DNA from: Malacoraja senta
Lineage: Eukaryota
Assembly: GCA_038087875.1 (NCBI GenBank)
Contig: CM075980.1
Location: 11,222,001 to 11,286,000 of the forward strand
DNA length: 64,000 bases
Direction: 5' to 3'
Position 1 is the first letter of the stretch. Every line of letters starts with the position of its first letter. This document shows, one piece after another, positions 13,480 through 25,533 of the stretch. The notes below the pieces were generated by a model. The model did not search any database. It had not been told where the DNA came from and saw only the letters and a list, made by a program, of their open reading frames with translations. Both the position numbers and the translations under genes were made by a program.

Positions 13480-15073
13480 TTTATTTATTTGTCTCTGTAC
13501 TCCACAATTTGAGATTTGTAATAGAAAAAAAATCACATGTTAAAGTGCACATTCTCAGAATTTAATATAGGCCTTTTTATACATTTTGGTTTCACCTTGT
13601 AGAAATTACAGCAGTGTTTATCCATAGTCCCCCCATTTCAGGGCACCATAGTGTTTGGGACACAGCAATATCATGTAAATGAAAGTAGTCATGTTTAGTA
13701 TTTTGTTGCATATCCATTGCATGCAATGACTGCTTGAAGTCTGCGATTCATGGACATCACCAGTTGCTGGGTATCTTCTCTGGTGATGCTCTGCCAGACC
13801 TGTATTGCAGCCACCTTTAGCTTATGCTTGTTTTGGGGTCTAGTCCCCTTCAGTTTTCTCTTCAGCATAGAAAAGGCATGCTCAATTGGGTTCAGATCAG
13901 GTGATTGACTTGGTCACTCAAGAACTGACCATTTTTTAGCTTTGAAAAACTCCTTTGTTGCTTTAGCAGTACGTTTGGGATAACTGTCTTGCTGTGGAAT
14001 GAACTGCCGGCCAATGCGTTTTGAGGCATTTGTTTGAACTTGAGCAGATAGGATGTGCCATCAGCAGTTGTATCATCAATGAAGATAAGTGAGCCAGTAC
14101 CTTGAGAGGCCATACATGCCCAGGCCATAACATGCCCACCACCGTCTTTCACAGATGAGGTGGTATGCTTTGGATCTTGGGCAGTTCCTTCTCTCCTCCA
14201 TACTTTGCTCTTGCCATCATTCCGATATAAGTTAATCTTTGTCTCATCTGTCCACAAGACCTTTTTTCCAAGACTGTGGTTTTTCTTTTAAGTACTTCTT
14301 GGCAAACTGTAACCTGGCCATCCTATTTTTGCAGTTAACCAGTGGTTTGCATCTTGCAGTGTAGCCTCTGTATTTCTGTTTATGAAGTCTTCTGCAGATA
14401 GTGGTCATTGACAAATCCACACCTGACTCCTGAATAGTGTTTCTGATCTGTCGGACAGGTATTTGGGGATTTTCCTTTATTATAGAGAGAATTCTTCTGT
14501 CATCAGCTGTGGAGATCGTCCTTGACTGCCAGTCCCTTTGCGATTAGTAAGCTCACCAGTGCTCTCTTTCTTCTTAATGATGTTCCAAACAGTTGAATTT
14601 GGTAAGCCTAAGGTTTGGCTGATGTCTCTAATAGTTTTATTCTTGTTTCTCAGTCTCATAATAGCTTTTTTGACTTTCATTGGTACAACTTTGGTCCTCA
14701 TGTTGATAATCAGCAATAAAAGCTTCCAAAGGTGATGGAAAGACTGGAGGAAAGACTAGGTGCTGAGAGCTCTCTTCCACCTGCATTAAGGAGGCAATTA
14801 AACACACCTGAGCAATTACAAACACCTATGAAGCCATGTGTCCCAAACATTATATTGCCTGAAATGGGGGGGGGGGGGGGGGGGGGGACTATGTATAGAC
14901 ACAGCTGTAATTTCTACATGGTGAAACCAAAATGCCTAAAAATGGCCTTTAGTAAAATCTGACAATGTGCACTTTAACCACATGTGATTTTTTTCCTAAA
15001 ATCGCAAATTGTGGAGTACAGAGGCAAATAAATAAATGATGGGTCTTTGTCCCAAACATTATGGAGGGCACTG
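13480..15073 (-). mobile_element. Tc1-family DNA transposon with long IR/DR-type TIRs; left end truncated
   Basis: Right TIR about 14837-15073 ends ...GAGGGCACTG followed by TA and holds two GTCCCAAACATTAT direct repeats. The inverted copy at 13480-13663 lacks the outer ~35 bp. Confidence 0.92.
13695..14701 (-). pseudogene. Decayed DD34E Tc1 transposase
   Basis: HTH N-terminus MRTKVVPMKVKKAIMRL...; WTDETKINL; QQD-(34 aa)-E ending SPDLNPIE; C-terminus IACNGYATKY*. Contains frameshifts and an in-frame TGA (LE*PSQS). Confidence 0.9.
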
Positions 15074-15114
15074 TACATGTAACCATTTTAAATCCAGACT
15101 AATGGCTTTGGCAC

Positions 15115-15221
15115 CTGTAAAAACTTCACCATATTGAGTTTGGGGTTAGCTTCCTTCTTTTCTGTTGGTGCTTTGCTGAAAAGCTCTGCTGGATCAACTT
15201 TGTCCCAATTATTATATTTTC
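15115..15221 (-). CDS. TOP3B: TOP3B coding exon 3 (KYNNWDKVDPAELFSKAPTEKKEANPKLNMVKFLQ)
   Basis: tag acceptor, CAG|gtgcca donor, 107 nt; lies in ORF 15088..15273. Confidence 0.96.
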
Positions 15222-16919
15222 CTAAAAAATGAAAACAAGATGTTATAAATTCTTGCTGAAGCAATCCCCACAATTCACAATCCCATTATCAGAGTATTGA
15301 AAACAATGCCAGACAAAAATATATTTACTTCCCTGTTGTCCTAACCTGTTCCAGATCTCACCTGTCGATAGATGCAATGGCCAAGGTATGTTCGCAATGC
15401 TAAAAACAAGTCACATCAATGCAAAGGTATGTCTTTCTACAATTTTTATATTATTCCAGTTACAAATTCTCAATTCTTAAACTTATCATATGAATCATTA
15501 ATGAGCTGGGTTTTGAATTAGATTTAGATTATGAATTCGAAACAAATGTTACAGGTGCGTTTATTTTGGTTAGGTTATTGGCTATTTTGATCAGATTGTA
15601 ACAAACTAAATAAAGGCACTCGATAGAGAAGCACAGTGGTTATGATACAGAATTAGTAATCTAAAGGTTTAAATAAATCACTAACAGACACGTTTAAATT
15701 CCAGCATGGCAGATGTGGAATTTAAATTCTGTTAATAAGCAGGAAATAAAAAGTTAAAAAGCTACTTGATTGGTTTATGGTGCTTTTTTTCTTCTTCAGG
15801 GAAGTAAATGTGCCATCGTTACCCATTCAGTCTTCATGTGATACCAAATCCTCAACAACATGGTTGATCTTAATTGGTCTATGAAATTTCCAAGCGTGAC
15901 ACTTCACTGTATCACATACTGAAAAAAGCCAACTCGGTACCAGGCGCGGCAAAGGGGTTGTATAAAATCAGCATACCTTTTCTCACTGGTGAAATGTAAC
16001 TTGTTTTCATGCTAAATTAGCTGTTAACAACTGCATGACTTTCACTAATATAATAATGAAATGCAACAATCTGAATGATGGAATAAATCTATTTAACTTC
16101 AGATCGTGATTCGTGAATCAACGTCAGCAGGCAGGCAAGCCCAATTTTTGGGGAATATCAACAGACCAGGATGATTCTGGGGTTTGAATTTGACACTAAT
16201 TTCCAGAGCACTGCTGACAGCAGACAGCAGGAAAAAGATGAAAAACACTTTTCTCATTATTTGTTGAAAACTTTTGATTGTTAGTTACTAAAATATTGGA
16301 GAAGTAGGCAAAAAAGACTTTTATCATGGGGCTGACGAAGTAGGAAATTGAATTGAAACCTTCAGGAAAAAATTGAGCTAAAACCAAGAATTCAGGCACT
16401 GATGGATTTACTTGATCAAATGAAGTTACATTTATCATAAAAAGGAACTGCAAATGCTGGTTTATTCCCCCAAAAAACATAAAATGCTGGAGTAACTCAG
16501 TGGGTCAGGCAACATGCCTGGAGAACATGGACAGGTGACATTTCGGGTCGGGACCCTTCTAATAACAGGGAACTATAGATGCTGGTTTACATCAAAGAAT
16601 CCTATCCATGTTCACTAGAGATGCTGCCTGACCCACTGTTAATCCTGCATTTTGTGTCTTCTTTTGAAACTAGATTTACTTTTGCATGGATATGATCAAT
16701 TCAGGGACTGCACACTCTAACCCGTGGCCTCATAAATCAAAGGAGTAGGTTTTTAATTCATAGCAATATCTGCAAATTCTGCGATACTTTTATAAAAATT
16801 GAGGAATACTCATTTGAAGACTAAAACTGTCAGTAAAGTTGGCAGTGTCCAGTATCCTCATTCATTGGACAATAATTCACATCTCTGCTAAGTAAAAGTT
16901 CCACCAGGATCCAGATTAC

Positions 16920-17051
16920 CTATGAAATCCAAGGTCATCACATGACCGCAGACTGATGTCACCTTGAATCGGACATTCTGTCGCAGGAAGGTCCCAGTGT
17001 ACTCGTGCACGGAGCATACTCCATTCAAACCTTTCCGGGAGTTCAAGTTAC
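16920..17051 (-). CDS. TOP3B: TOP3B coding exon 2 (GNLNSRKGLNGVCSVHEYTGTFLRQNVRFKVTSVCGHVMTLDFIG)
   Basis: cag acceptor, gtaatc donor, 132 nt, phase 1-1; TSVCGH motif. Confidence 0.96.
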
Positions 17052-18364
17052 CTGAATGGAAAGCATAAGAAAAAAAAGTTTAACTTTCTTCCACAACTTT
17101 TCTTCGGGGAACAGAAGGCAAACAGAGTTTATACAATGAGTATTCCAGCTCGATTGAAAAATTTAATAATTTACAAAGCTTTTTTTTACAATTAAGGATA
17201 TGTAATAATTATCAATCTAATGACTGCCACATGATGTGAGCTATGAATTGCAGCCATGAAAAAAACATGCATCTAAAATAGAAATCAATAGATTTGAAAC
17301 AGGAGTGGTTGCACTGTGGTTATGGTAGTCAATTTATAGGTCTGGACTAATGATTTCAAAAATAAAAATTTACAAGTCAGAGAGAGATCTTGAATTCACT
17401 TATTTAAATAAATTGAGAATAATAAGATATTACAGATCTTCCCTGGGTTAGTGACCTTAGTGGGGACCTGAGAGTGGTGACTATTTGCAATGAAAGGCCA
17501 GAAAGAATGGTGGAGACAGAGATGCTGACAGGATTTAAGAACAAGCACAGGCATTGCTGAAATAAAGAAGGCCATGAGCCTAGTACTGAAGGATGGGTTT
17601 CATATGGATTGGTACCCAAAGATCAGCGGGGATGTGGTGGACTGACTGACCTGTGTCCATGTGGGGAAACACCCTTTCAGCATCTACCCCATCAAACAAT
17701 CTACGAATGTTATTCCTCAATCTCAAAGTTCTGGAGAATATAGTCCTATTCCAGCAAAGCTCCAAAAATCAGTCTCAAAAATCTCTCTTAAATTAACATA
17801 TGCTTATGTAGGCAAGGAAACGAAAACTACACTCAGCATTCAACATATGATTTCACCAAAGCCTGACATTACATCCAAATTTATAAAAGAAGTTTGATTA
17901 TGCACAAAAAGCAGGAATTGTTGTAAAAAAATTGCCAGGTACAGCTGTTTTTTCAAAAAAATTGTCCATAGCTACGGTATATAACTCAGTTCTCTCTGAT
18001 TCTGTACAATGACCACAATGTTTTAGTGCCTTGACTTTAAAATTAAGGGGTGGTGCAAAATTCAATTTCAAAATTTACAGACAACATATTTGGAAGTATA
18101 CTATAGACAGGAAAATCGAAAAAGATCAAAATGACAATGGAGGATGGGAGATTCCTTAATATATGAAATTTCATACAATCCAATCCAAAGAATGAGGAAT
18201 TAAGATGCATCTAATAATACATTTTCTAATGGAATACAACAGAGAGATCTGGGAGAACATGTCTTTGAAGGTGGTAGGCTTATAGATAAAGGTTTCAAAA
18301 AGACATGGTTAATTGATATTTGTAAATAGATGCATGGTATAAATTCTCATTTATGGAACAGCTC

Positions 18365-18830
18365 CATCCAAGACTGCAAGAAATTGCAGAGAATTGTGGA
18401 TGCAGCCCAGACCATCATGCCAACCTAACCTTCCTTCCTACCATTGACTCCGTCTACACTTCACGCTGCCTCATCAAGGCCCCCAGCATAATCGAGGACC
18501 AGTCTCACGCCGAACACTCCCTCTTCTCCCCTCTCCCATCCGGCAAAAGGTGCAGGTGTGAAAACGCATACCTCCCGATTCTGGGACAGTTTCTTCCCAG
18601 CAGTCATCAGGCAATTGTACCATCATATCACCAAGTAGAGAGCGGTCCTCAGCTACCATCTAACTTATTGGAGACCCCCGGACTATTTTTACTTTGCACC
18701 AAACATTATTCCTGTAATCCCATATCTGTACACTGTGGACGGCTTGATTGTAATCATGTTGAATGGATAGCACAGAACAAATAAGCTTTTCACTGTGCCT
18801 CGGTACATCTGACAATAAACTGAATTAAAT
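18365..18830 (+). mobile_element. Rex1-like LINE 3' fragment
   Basis: SIIEDQSHAEHSLFSPLPSGKR motif; GACAATAAACT tail. Confidence 0.75.
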
Positions 18831-19906
18831 TCTAGGAAGCTACACTAAGTAATACAATGCTTGTTCTACTCCAAGTTTGGTATCCAATTCAGGGATCACA
18901 CTTTCCAAGGATGAGAAGTTTTTGGGGACGTACAGCAAATTTTTAAAACATAGTTCCAGCACACGAGGGTTAAAGATAGTAGATGGCCTACAAAGCCTGA
19001 TATTGTTTTCTCTGCAACAGAGGAAACCAAGGGGAATTGTGTTAGAACTATTTACAATTATGCCAGGTTTAATGGGAGCAAATGCAATTATGCCAATCAT
19101 TAGGAATAGATTTAAAGTGACTGTCAAAAGAACGATAGAATAAACGTTACAAATGTGCTTGTTTACTAAAGCAAACAAAAGAGTTAAGTACCCCATGGAG
19201 ATAAAGACTGCAGCACTATCAGGAAAGAATGGGGGAAAGAAATCGCAAACTTGACTGCCCGATTTTAGATTCTGAAAGAACTATCAGACGATGGACTGAA
19301 CGGCCTCCTTCTGTGCTCTTATTCTATGATTTATATTGGGACCACACTTTGGAAATGGAAAAAAAACCCTTCAGCTATCAGAAACCAGAAATACAAAAAA
19401 AAAAGAAAATGCCGGAAACAGGCAGAAGGTCAGGCAGCATCTGTGTCAAGAGAAATAGAGTTAACGTTTTAGATCAGGGACTCTTTGTCCTTTTTTTTTT
19501 TGCACGAATGCTGCCTGACAAGTTGAATGTTTCCACAGACACAACGGAATGCAGATACTGGAAACTTGAACAAAACACAAACTCCTGGAGAAAATCAGAG
19601 CACAAACTCTGCAGAACACAAACTCCTTGAGAAAACCCGTGTAGGGAAATTGACAGGTGCCGTCACGGGTGTTTCCGGTATGTTCTGTTTCTATAAAAGA
19701 TTTGCAAAGTTGCAGAACCCTTTAACTTTTCAAAAAAGTTTATTGAATTTCTATGGAACCGGTCTTACTTCTTCCTTCACGCTTGCGAAGAACCGCAGAC
19801 GGCCCCTGCTCAGCGAGCATAATTTGCCTGATTTTAAACTGAGTTTATAGGGACCAGCCACATATGGATGCAATTACAAGCCTCCTTCAGACTGCGGTTC
19901 ACTTAC

Positions 19907-19976
19907 CCCGCGACAGGATCTTGGCAATGGATTGAGCAAGGGACGGCTTCTCCGCCACCATCAGCACCGTCTTCAT
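19907..19976 (-). CDS. TOP3B: DNA topoisomerase III beta, coding exon 1 (MKTVLMVAEKPSLAQSIAKILSR-G)
   Basis: Translation matches the known TOP3B N-terminus (TOPRIM AEKPS motif). In-frame upstream TGA at 20001-20003; donor G|GTAAGT; 70 nt. Confidence 0.97.
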
Positions 19977-20150
19977 CTCTCCAGCCGGCGCACATCGGCC
20001 TCACGCTCAAACAACCGTCGCTGTCACATCACCGACACTTCCGGCGCATGTGTACAACTTCCGATTGCTGGGCTGATGGAGGACCCCGTCGTTGTCAAGG
20101 CAACCGCCGCCTCTTTCCCCCCATCCAGCGCAGGCCGGTGCCGAGGGATG
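19977..20150 (-). promoter_or_regulatory. CpG-rich TOP3B proximal promoter and 5'UTR
   Basis: High CpG density in an AT-rich background. ETS cores ACTTCCG at 20037 and 20057, NRF1-like GCGCATGTG at 20044-20052, RFX X-box-like GTTGTCAAGGCAAC at 20091-20104, all directly upstream of the ATG. Confidence 0.7.
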
Positions 20151-21126
20151 TTGTGAAGGAAAACTTTTCATTGGGGTCAATCGGTGCTATCATTAGGTCA
20201 GGGATCCTTTGTGAGAAGTTTGCTTTTTTTTGCCCTAATGCTACCCGACGACATGTTGAGTGTTTCCACAGACACAAGCGAATGCAGCTTCTGGAAACTT
20301 GAACAAAACACACTGCTGTAGGAAATACCACTTGTGGATTAGTTTTTGTGGATGCTCAGCAGGGCCAACCAACACCTCCAGAGAGAGAAATCAGATTAAG
20401 AAATCAGATCGTCCTGTAACATCAAACCATGGTTTTGCTTTGCTTCCCATTGCTTACCCGGCTTACAAAAACAAGCCACAAAGCTCTGGTGTAACTCAGC
20501 AGGTCCGGCAGCTTCGTTGGAATTGGAGAAGATAGATTGGTGACGTTGTTGGTTGGGACTTATTCATACTGTTTTGTTGAACTAACCTACAACATACCCC
20601 CCCCCCCCTCCTCCATACTTCTCCCATCCTTCCCTGTGCCCACCCAGACACAAACATATTTCTCCTCTCCCCGCCACATATATTCCTTCCTGTGACCTCG
20701 CATTTCGCACTTCTTCTATCCTTACCTTTTGACTAATCATCTCTGTCTTTGCCCAAGGATCTACCACCACCTATCAATTACCAGGCTTTGTCCTGCCCCT
20801 CCTCTCTTTCAGTTTTATCCTCCACCACAATCAGTCTGAAGACGGGTCCTGACCTGAAATGTCACCTGATGCTGCCTGACCCGTTGAGTTGCTACAGTGC
20901 TTCTTGTCTTTTTGTTTCATGCAATAAGTCATCTGTCCTAATATGAATGGAGATTACCAATGTGTAGGCTACTGAAGATGGAAGCTGAGGCAGAATATTA
21001 CAGTGGTATACAAAATTATGAGGAGCATAGAAGGAGTTGGAGGACAGTGAGATCAATGTGGAGAATACAAATATGCTAGGGCAGTTTGAGGTCGAGATGG
21101 TGATGGTGCTGAGGCTCTTGCAGAGC

Positions 21127-22030
21127 ATTAAGGTGGATGTCCCCAGGGCCTGATGCGATCTATCCCACATTATTGAGGGAGGCAAGAGAGGAGAATATGG
21201 GGACCCTGACAAGGATCTTTGTCTCTTCTCCAACCACAGTAAAGGTCCCAGAGGACTGGAGAATGGTCAATGTTGTTTTTTTATTTTGTTTAAGAAACAG
21301 AGAGAATCCAGGGAATTATAGGTCAGTGAGCCCCACGTCAGTGGTAGGGAAACTATTGGGGAGAATTATTCGAGATTGAATTTACTCCCATTTGAAGGAG
21401 AATGGGCTGATCCAGAATATTATGAAAAATCTGATTCACAGTGACTTGGTTGTATGGATTCAGAAGTGGCTTATTCATAGAGGACAGAGGGTTGTGGTGG
21501 AAGGAAGATATGCTGGCTAGAGGTCTGTGGAGATCTGCAGGGCTCTGTGCTAGGACCTCAGCTGTTTGCAATATTTGTAAAAAACGACTTGGATGTAAAT
21601 GTCGATGGGTTGGTGAGTACGTTTGTTCACAACACCAAAATATGAGGAGTTGCAGGCAATGAGTAAGGATGTCAGAAGATACAATGGGATATAGATCAAC
21701 TGCAGAAATGGGTGGAGAAATGGCAGGTGGTGTTTAATCCAAACAAGTGTGAGGTGTAGCACTTTGGGAAGATGAATGCAAGGGGAGAGTATACAGTTAA
21801 TGGCAAGACCCTTAAGAGCAGAGGGATCTTGGAGTGCAGAGGGATCTTGGAGTTTGTTCATAGCTCACTGAAGGTGGCAGCGCAAGTAGATGGGGTGGTA
21901 AAGAAGGTGTATGGTATTGTTTGGGGCATTGAGTATAAGAGTCAGGAAATCTTGATGCAGCTCAATAAGACTGGTTCGACTGCATTTGGAGTATTGCATG
22001 CAGTCCCGGTTGACCCATTACAGGACCGAC
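21127..22030 (+). mobile_element. Degenerate CR1 LINE RT fragment
   Basis: SPGPDAIYP...VPEDWR...PGNYRSVSPTSVVGKLL; 18-bp tandem duplication at about 21818-21853. Confidence 0.8.
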
Positions 22031-22523
22031 TATTCTATAGTCAGGAAGTTGAAGGTGGGTCTCCCCATCCGTGGCTCTTCTAATTGCAACTTGGCCCTCT
22101 CTCACTTTAGGTGCAAGAACCATTGTCAGCTCCTTTGGGAGACCCTGAGGCACTTCACAGATGCCTGCCACTATTTCTTGCACCAAAGGTATGATTTGCC
22201 AAACTCTAACCACATAAGGACCAGCCTTTTGTGTGCTGTATGTCTTACGCAGAGCTCCATCAGAAAATAAGTGACCTCCATGATCTACGACATGAGGAAC
22301 TCTTCCAAATTTGGTCCCTCCAGACTTCTCCACCATTCACTATTGTCTGGATTGATTTGGATTTGGGATAATCTAGAGTCTCCTGCCTGTTCAACGAATT
22401 GTTGACCTTCCTGTAGTTCTGCCTCAGCTTTGATTATACTTCATAGTTCAATGGCCTCAGTTCTCTTGGGGAGAGATTCCAGGGACTCATAGAAATTCTT
22501 CCTTGACCTCAATCTCAAATGGA

Positions 22524-22611
22524 AGAAGGATTTCGGCCCGAAACGTTGCCTATTTCCTTAGCTCCATAGATGCTGCTGCACCCGCTGAGTTTCTCCAGCA
22601 CTTTTGTCTAC
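22524..22611 (+). mobile_element. 88-bp Penelope-like 3'-end insertion with a partial hammerhead core
   Basis: TSD CTCAAATGGA at 22514-23 and 22612-21; near-identical to the copies at 38730 and 51572. Confidence 0.8.
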
Positions 22612-22828
22612 CTCAAATGGATTGTCCCTTATGCTGAGTATGGCCCTTGATTCTACGTTCTACTCAGTCTGTTTTTACACCGTGGTAGTTCAATAGAAAT
22701 GTGTGATGCACAGCAAGATCTGACCCTTTGATCTGACCGACGGGGAACACATTAACTGGCATTTCCAACGTTTGCAACCCAACGGATAAATTGTTACATA
22801 ATAAAATGTCTCGGAGCAGTTGATTCTC

Positions 22829-23890
22829 GCTCACCAAGGATCTCTTCGGCCCCACCCACCCCTATCACATCCGAAAACCCCTGGGCTCCCACTCACCAAT
22901 GCGCTCGGTGCCCCAACTCCTGCTCACCATTCGATCCAGGATCCGCAGCTCCAATTTACCAAGGGATAATCACCCTCCGCCATGGTCCTTTTATCATCTG
23001 TTACACTTTCACCTTTGTACAGATGTTTGCAAATTATGCTCTGTGTATGCTCTCGCAAAACATTTATGCTGGAAGCTACAGATGAGTTGTAAACCGCTTT
23101 ATATGTGTGGCCCCAAGCGGTTGGCATTATCACTTTCACCCCAAGACATGTTTAGCTCCCCCGCCCGCCTACACTCAGCGGGAGCCTTGTCCTACCAGTT
23201 CCTCAGTGCCATCAGCTGGTGATCACCAATACTACAGCTGAGAGCAAGAACCACTTTGTTCTTGAAGCAGGAAGCATTTTAAATTGCACCAATTGCTCTC
23301 GCTCTTCTAGTTTCATTAATCAACAAAATGACGTCCTCGTTGTAAGAAAATAATAGTAAAACCACGAAGCAGATCAATAGTTTATGTTAAAGATTTGAAA
23401 CAAATTTACACTAAGAGGTTGAGTGCATTAAGTATTAAGTTGAGTGCATTGCATCCAGGTTAAGTAACTCCAAAGAACGGATTTAAGACCCTACGTAAGT
23501 TGCCAAACGGATTGCTAAAAGAAATGCGACCAAGTTGGTGATAACGTAACACAATTGCGGGAAGTAATATTCGCTTATGTTTGACATTAGTATGTAAAAG
23601 TCGGCGGGCACGCTTGTTCCCGGTGGAGAAACGGCGTAATATTTTTAATTTTTTATCCCCTGCCAGTCACCTCCTGGTTCCTGTGGAGAACCGGCTGCTT
23701 TCCTCATCGGCCCTTGGAGGAACTTGCTGATTCTCAGCCTTCGAGAAGGAGCTGAGCGGAGAGTTACGGTTTTATTTATTGGTGAATATTGAGGCCAATT
23801 AGTTGTTGCGACGAGAATATAGTTTCCACAATCAGATTTTAAGTAGTTGATCTGATTTAAAAGGGACCAATATTTCCTTTGATTGGCAAG
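22829..23890 (-). promoter_or_regulatory. Orphan CpG-enriched promoter and first-exon-like region
   Basis: Four CCAAT boxes (23778-23886), E2F-like GCGGGAA at 23557, GC box 23158-69, CATATAAAG 23097-105, ACCATGG at 22983, GTGAG donors at 22927, 22896 and 22834. Confidence 0.45.
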
Positions 23891-24654
23891 AGTGACTTTT
23901 GATATCACGAGTTCTCTTTAAAGAGGCATAGTTATGTTAACTAGTATTATTAGGGCTAAGGAAAATCCTGAAATAAAACCAGAAAATGCGGTGAAAACTT
24001 AGCAGGTCAGTTGGTGAAAGTGGATGGCCAAAAAAGAGGGAGCTGATGGGAGAATGTTACAGGATAATCAATCAGGGAATGGGGATCACAAGCTGGCATG
24101 GTCAATGGACTCCTACAAAGAAATATGAGAATGAGAATCTTACAATAATGCTTAACATTTGCATAGTAATAGGCCACTTACTCTGTGAAGACACGCATGG
24201 ATCAGAGCTCTGAAGAGTATGAGCATTCAGATCAAGTTGATACCATCCCTAAGTGGATAAGCCTCTTTTAGAATACACACGCACAAGATGGATGCATAGA
24301 AAGTGAGACTGCCATGAAAATGGAGAGGATTGGTTGTAAGAAGATGCATCAGTCTGAAGAAGGATCCTGCCATGAAACGTTAACTGTCTATTCTCTCACA
24401 AATGCTGCCTGACCCGCTGAGTTAATCCAGTACTTTGTGTTTTGCTCAAGATTCCAGTATCTACATTTCCTAGTATCTCTAATGCCATATAATTACTTGG
24501 CTGTTATATTGCATGCATGTACAGACATTTAAAATTGCATGCTGGAAAACAATGAAACGGCTGATTTCACAAGCAGCAGTTCCATTAGGAAACCTACCCA
24601 GGAAAGATGCATGTACTGAAAAATGAGGTTGATGCTCTTTCAGATGTCATCTCC

Positions 24655-25533
24655 ACACTGGTGTGACATCAATAACCTTCAACTCAATGTCAATAAAACA
24701 AAAGAAATAACTGTGGACTTCAGGAAGAAACAGACAGCACATACCCCACTCACCATAAATGGCAGTGCAGTGGAGTCTGTGAAAAGCACCAAGTTCCTGG
24801 GAGTACACATCACAGATGATCAGACATGGTCCACCAACACCATCTCCCTAGTCAAGAAAGCACAGAAACGCCTCCACTTCCTTCGACGGATGAGGAGAGC
24901 CGACCTCCCCCCTTCTGCCCTCACAACTTTTGACAGGGGTGCCATTGAGAGCATTCTTACCAGCAGTCTCTCAGTCTGGTATGGCAGTTGCTCTGCTGCT
25001 GACCAGAAGGCCCTACAGAGAGTGGTGAGGACAGCAGAGACGATCACTAGATCACCCCAACTAGCAATCCAGGACATACCCATCTCGCTGTCGCAAGAGA
25101 GCAACCAATATCATCAAAGACACCACCCACCCAGCACACAAACTGTTCACCCTCCTACCATCCGGCAAGCGCTACCGCAGCATGCGGAGCAAAACCACCA
25201 GATTCAAAAACAGCTTTTTCCCTCAGGCCATCAGACTACTCAACACACTCAAGAAAATTCCATGAACATTACACAAACAAAGACCAACTGACTGTCAAAT
25301 TAACTTTAACTCAATGTCTGCAGTATGCTATTTGCACTTTTCTATATTGCACCTTTTATTAATGAATATTTTATATAATGTATATGTCCATTGTCTATCT
25401 TTATTGATATATTGTCTGTCTGTGTTATAAATATTACTTGCACATTGGAGTATGGGGAAACGCAATTTCAATCCTCTGTGTAACTACTTGTTGCATTATT
25501 TGAATTGACAATAAAGTTTACTATTACTATTAC
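24655..25533 (+). mobile_element. Rex1/Babar-clade LINE, 5'-truncated, relatively young
   Basis: WCDINNLQLNVNKTKEITVDFRK...KFLGVHI...KKAQKRLHFLRRM...IESILT...WYG; AATAAA followed by a (TACTAT)n tail. Confidence 0.88.

Larger units (their letters stand above)
19522..20312 (+). repeat. Direct repeat pair (19522-19579 and 20255-20312) flanking TOP3B exon 1 and promoter
   Basis: 53/58 identity, ungapped; weaker similarity extends about 50 bp further left in both copies. Confidence 0.85.

Noticed and set aside
19977-20072. N-terminal extension of TOP3B from an upstream exon
   Set aside because: In-frame TGA at 20001-20003 precedes the ATG.
22899-23222. 107-aa plus-strand ORF, or an Ig V leader exon, in the orphan promoter region
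   Set aside because: No recognisable homology, no hydrophobic leader, no V exon or RSS, and ATTTGCAA is not an exact octamer.
22650-23900. snRNA gene (for example U4, which lies near RAB35 in human)
   Set aside because: No match by eye to U4, U6, 7SK or RNase P sequences; an Infernal/Rfam scan would be decisive.
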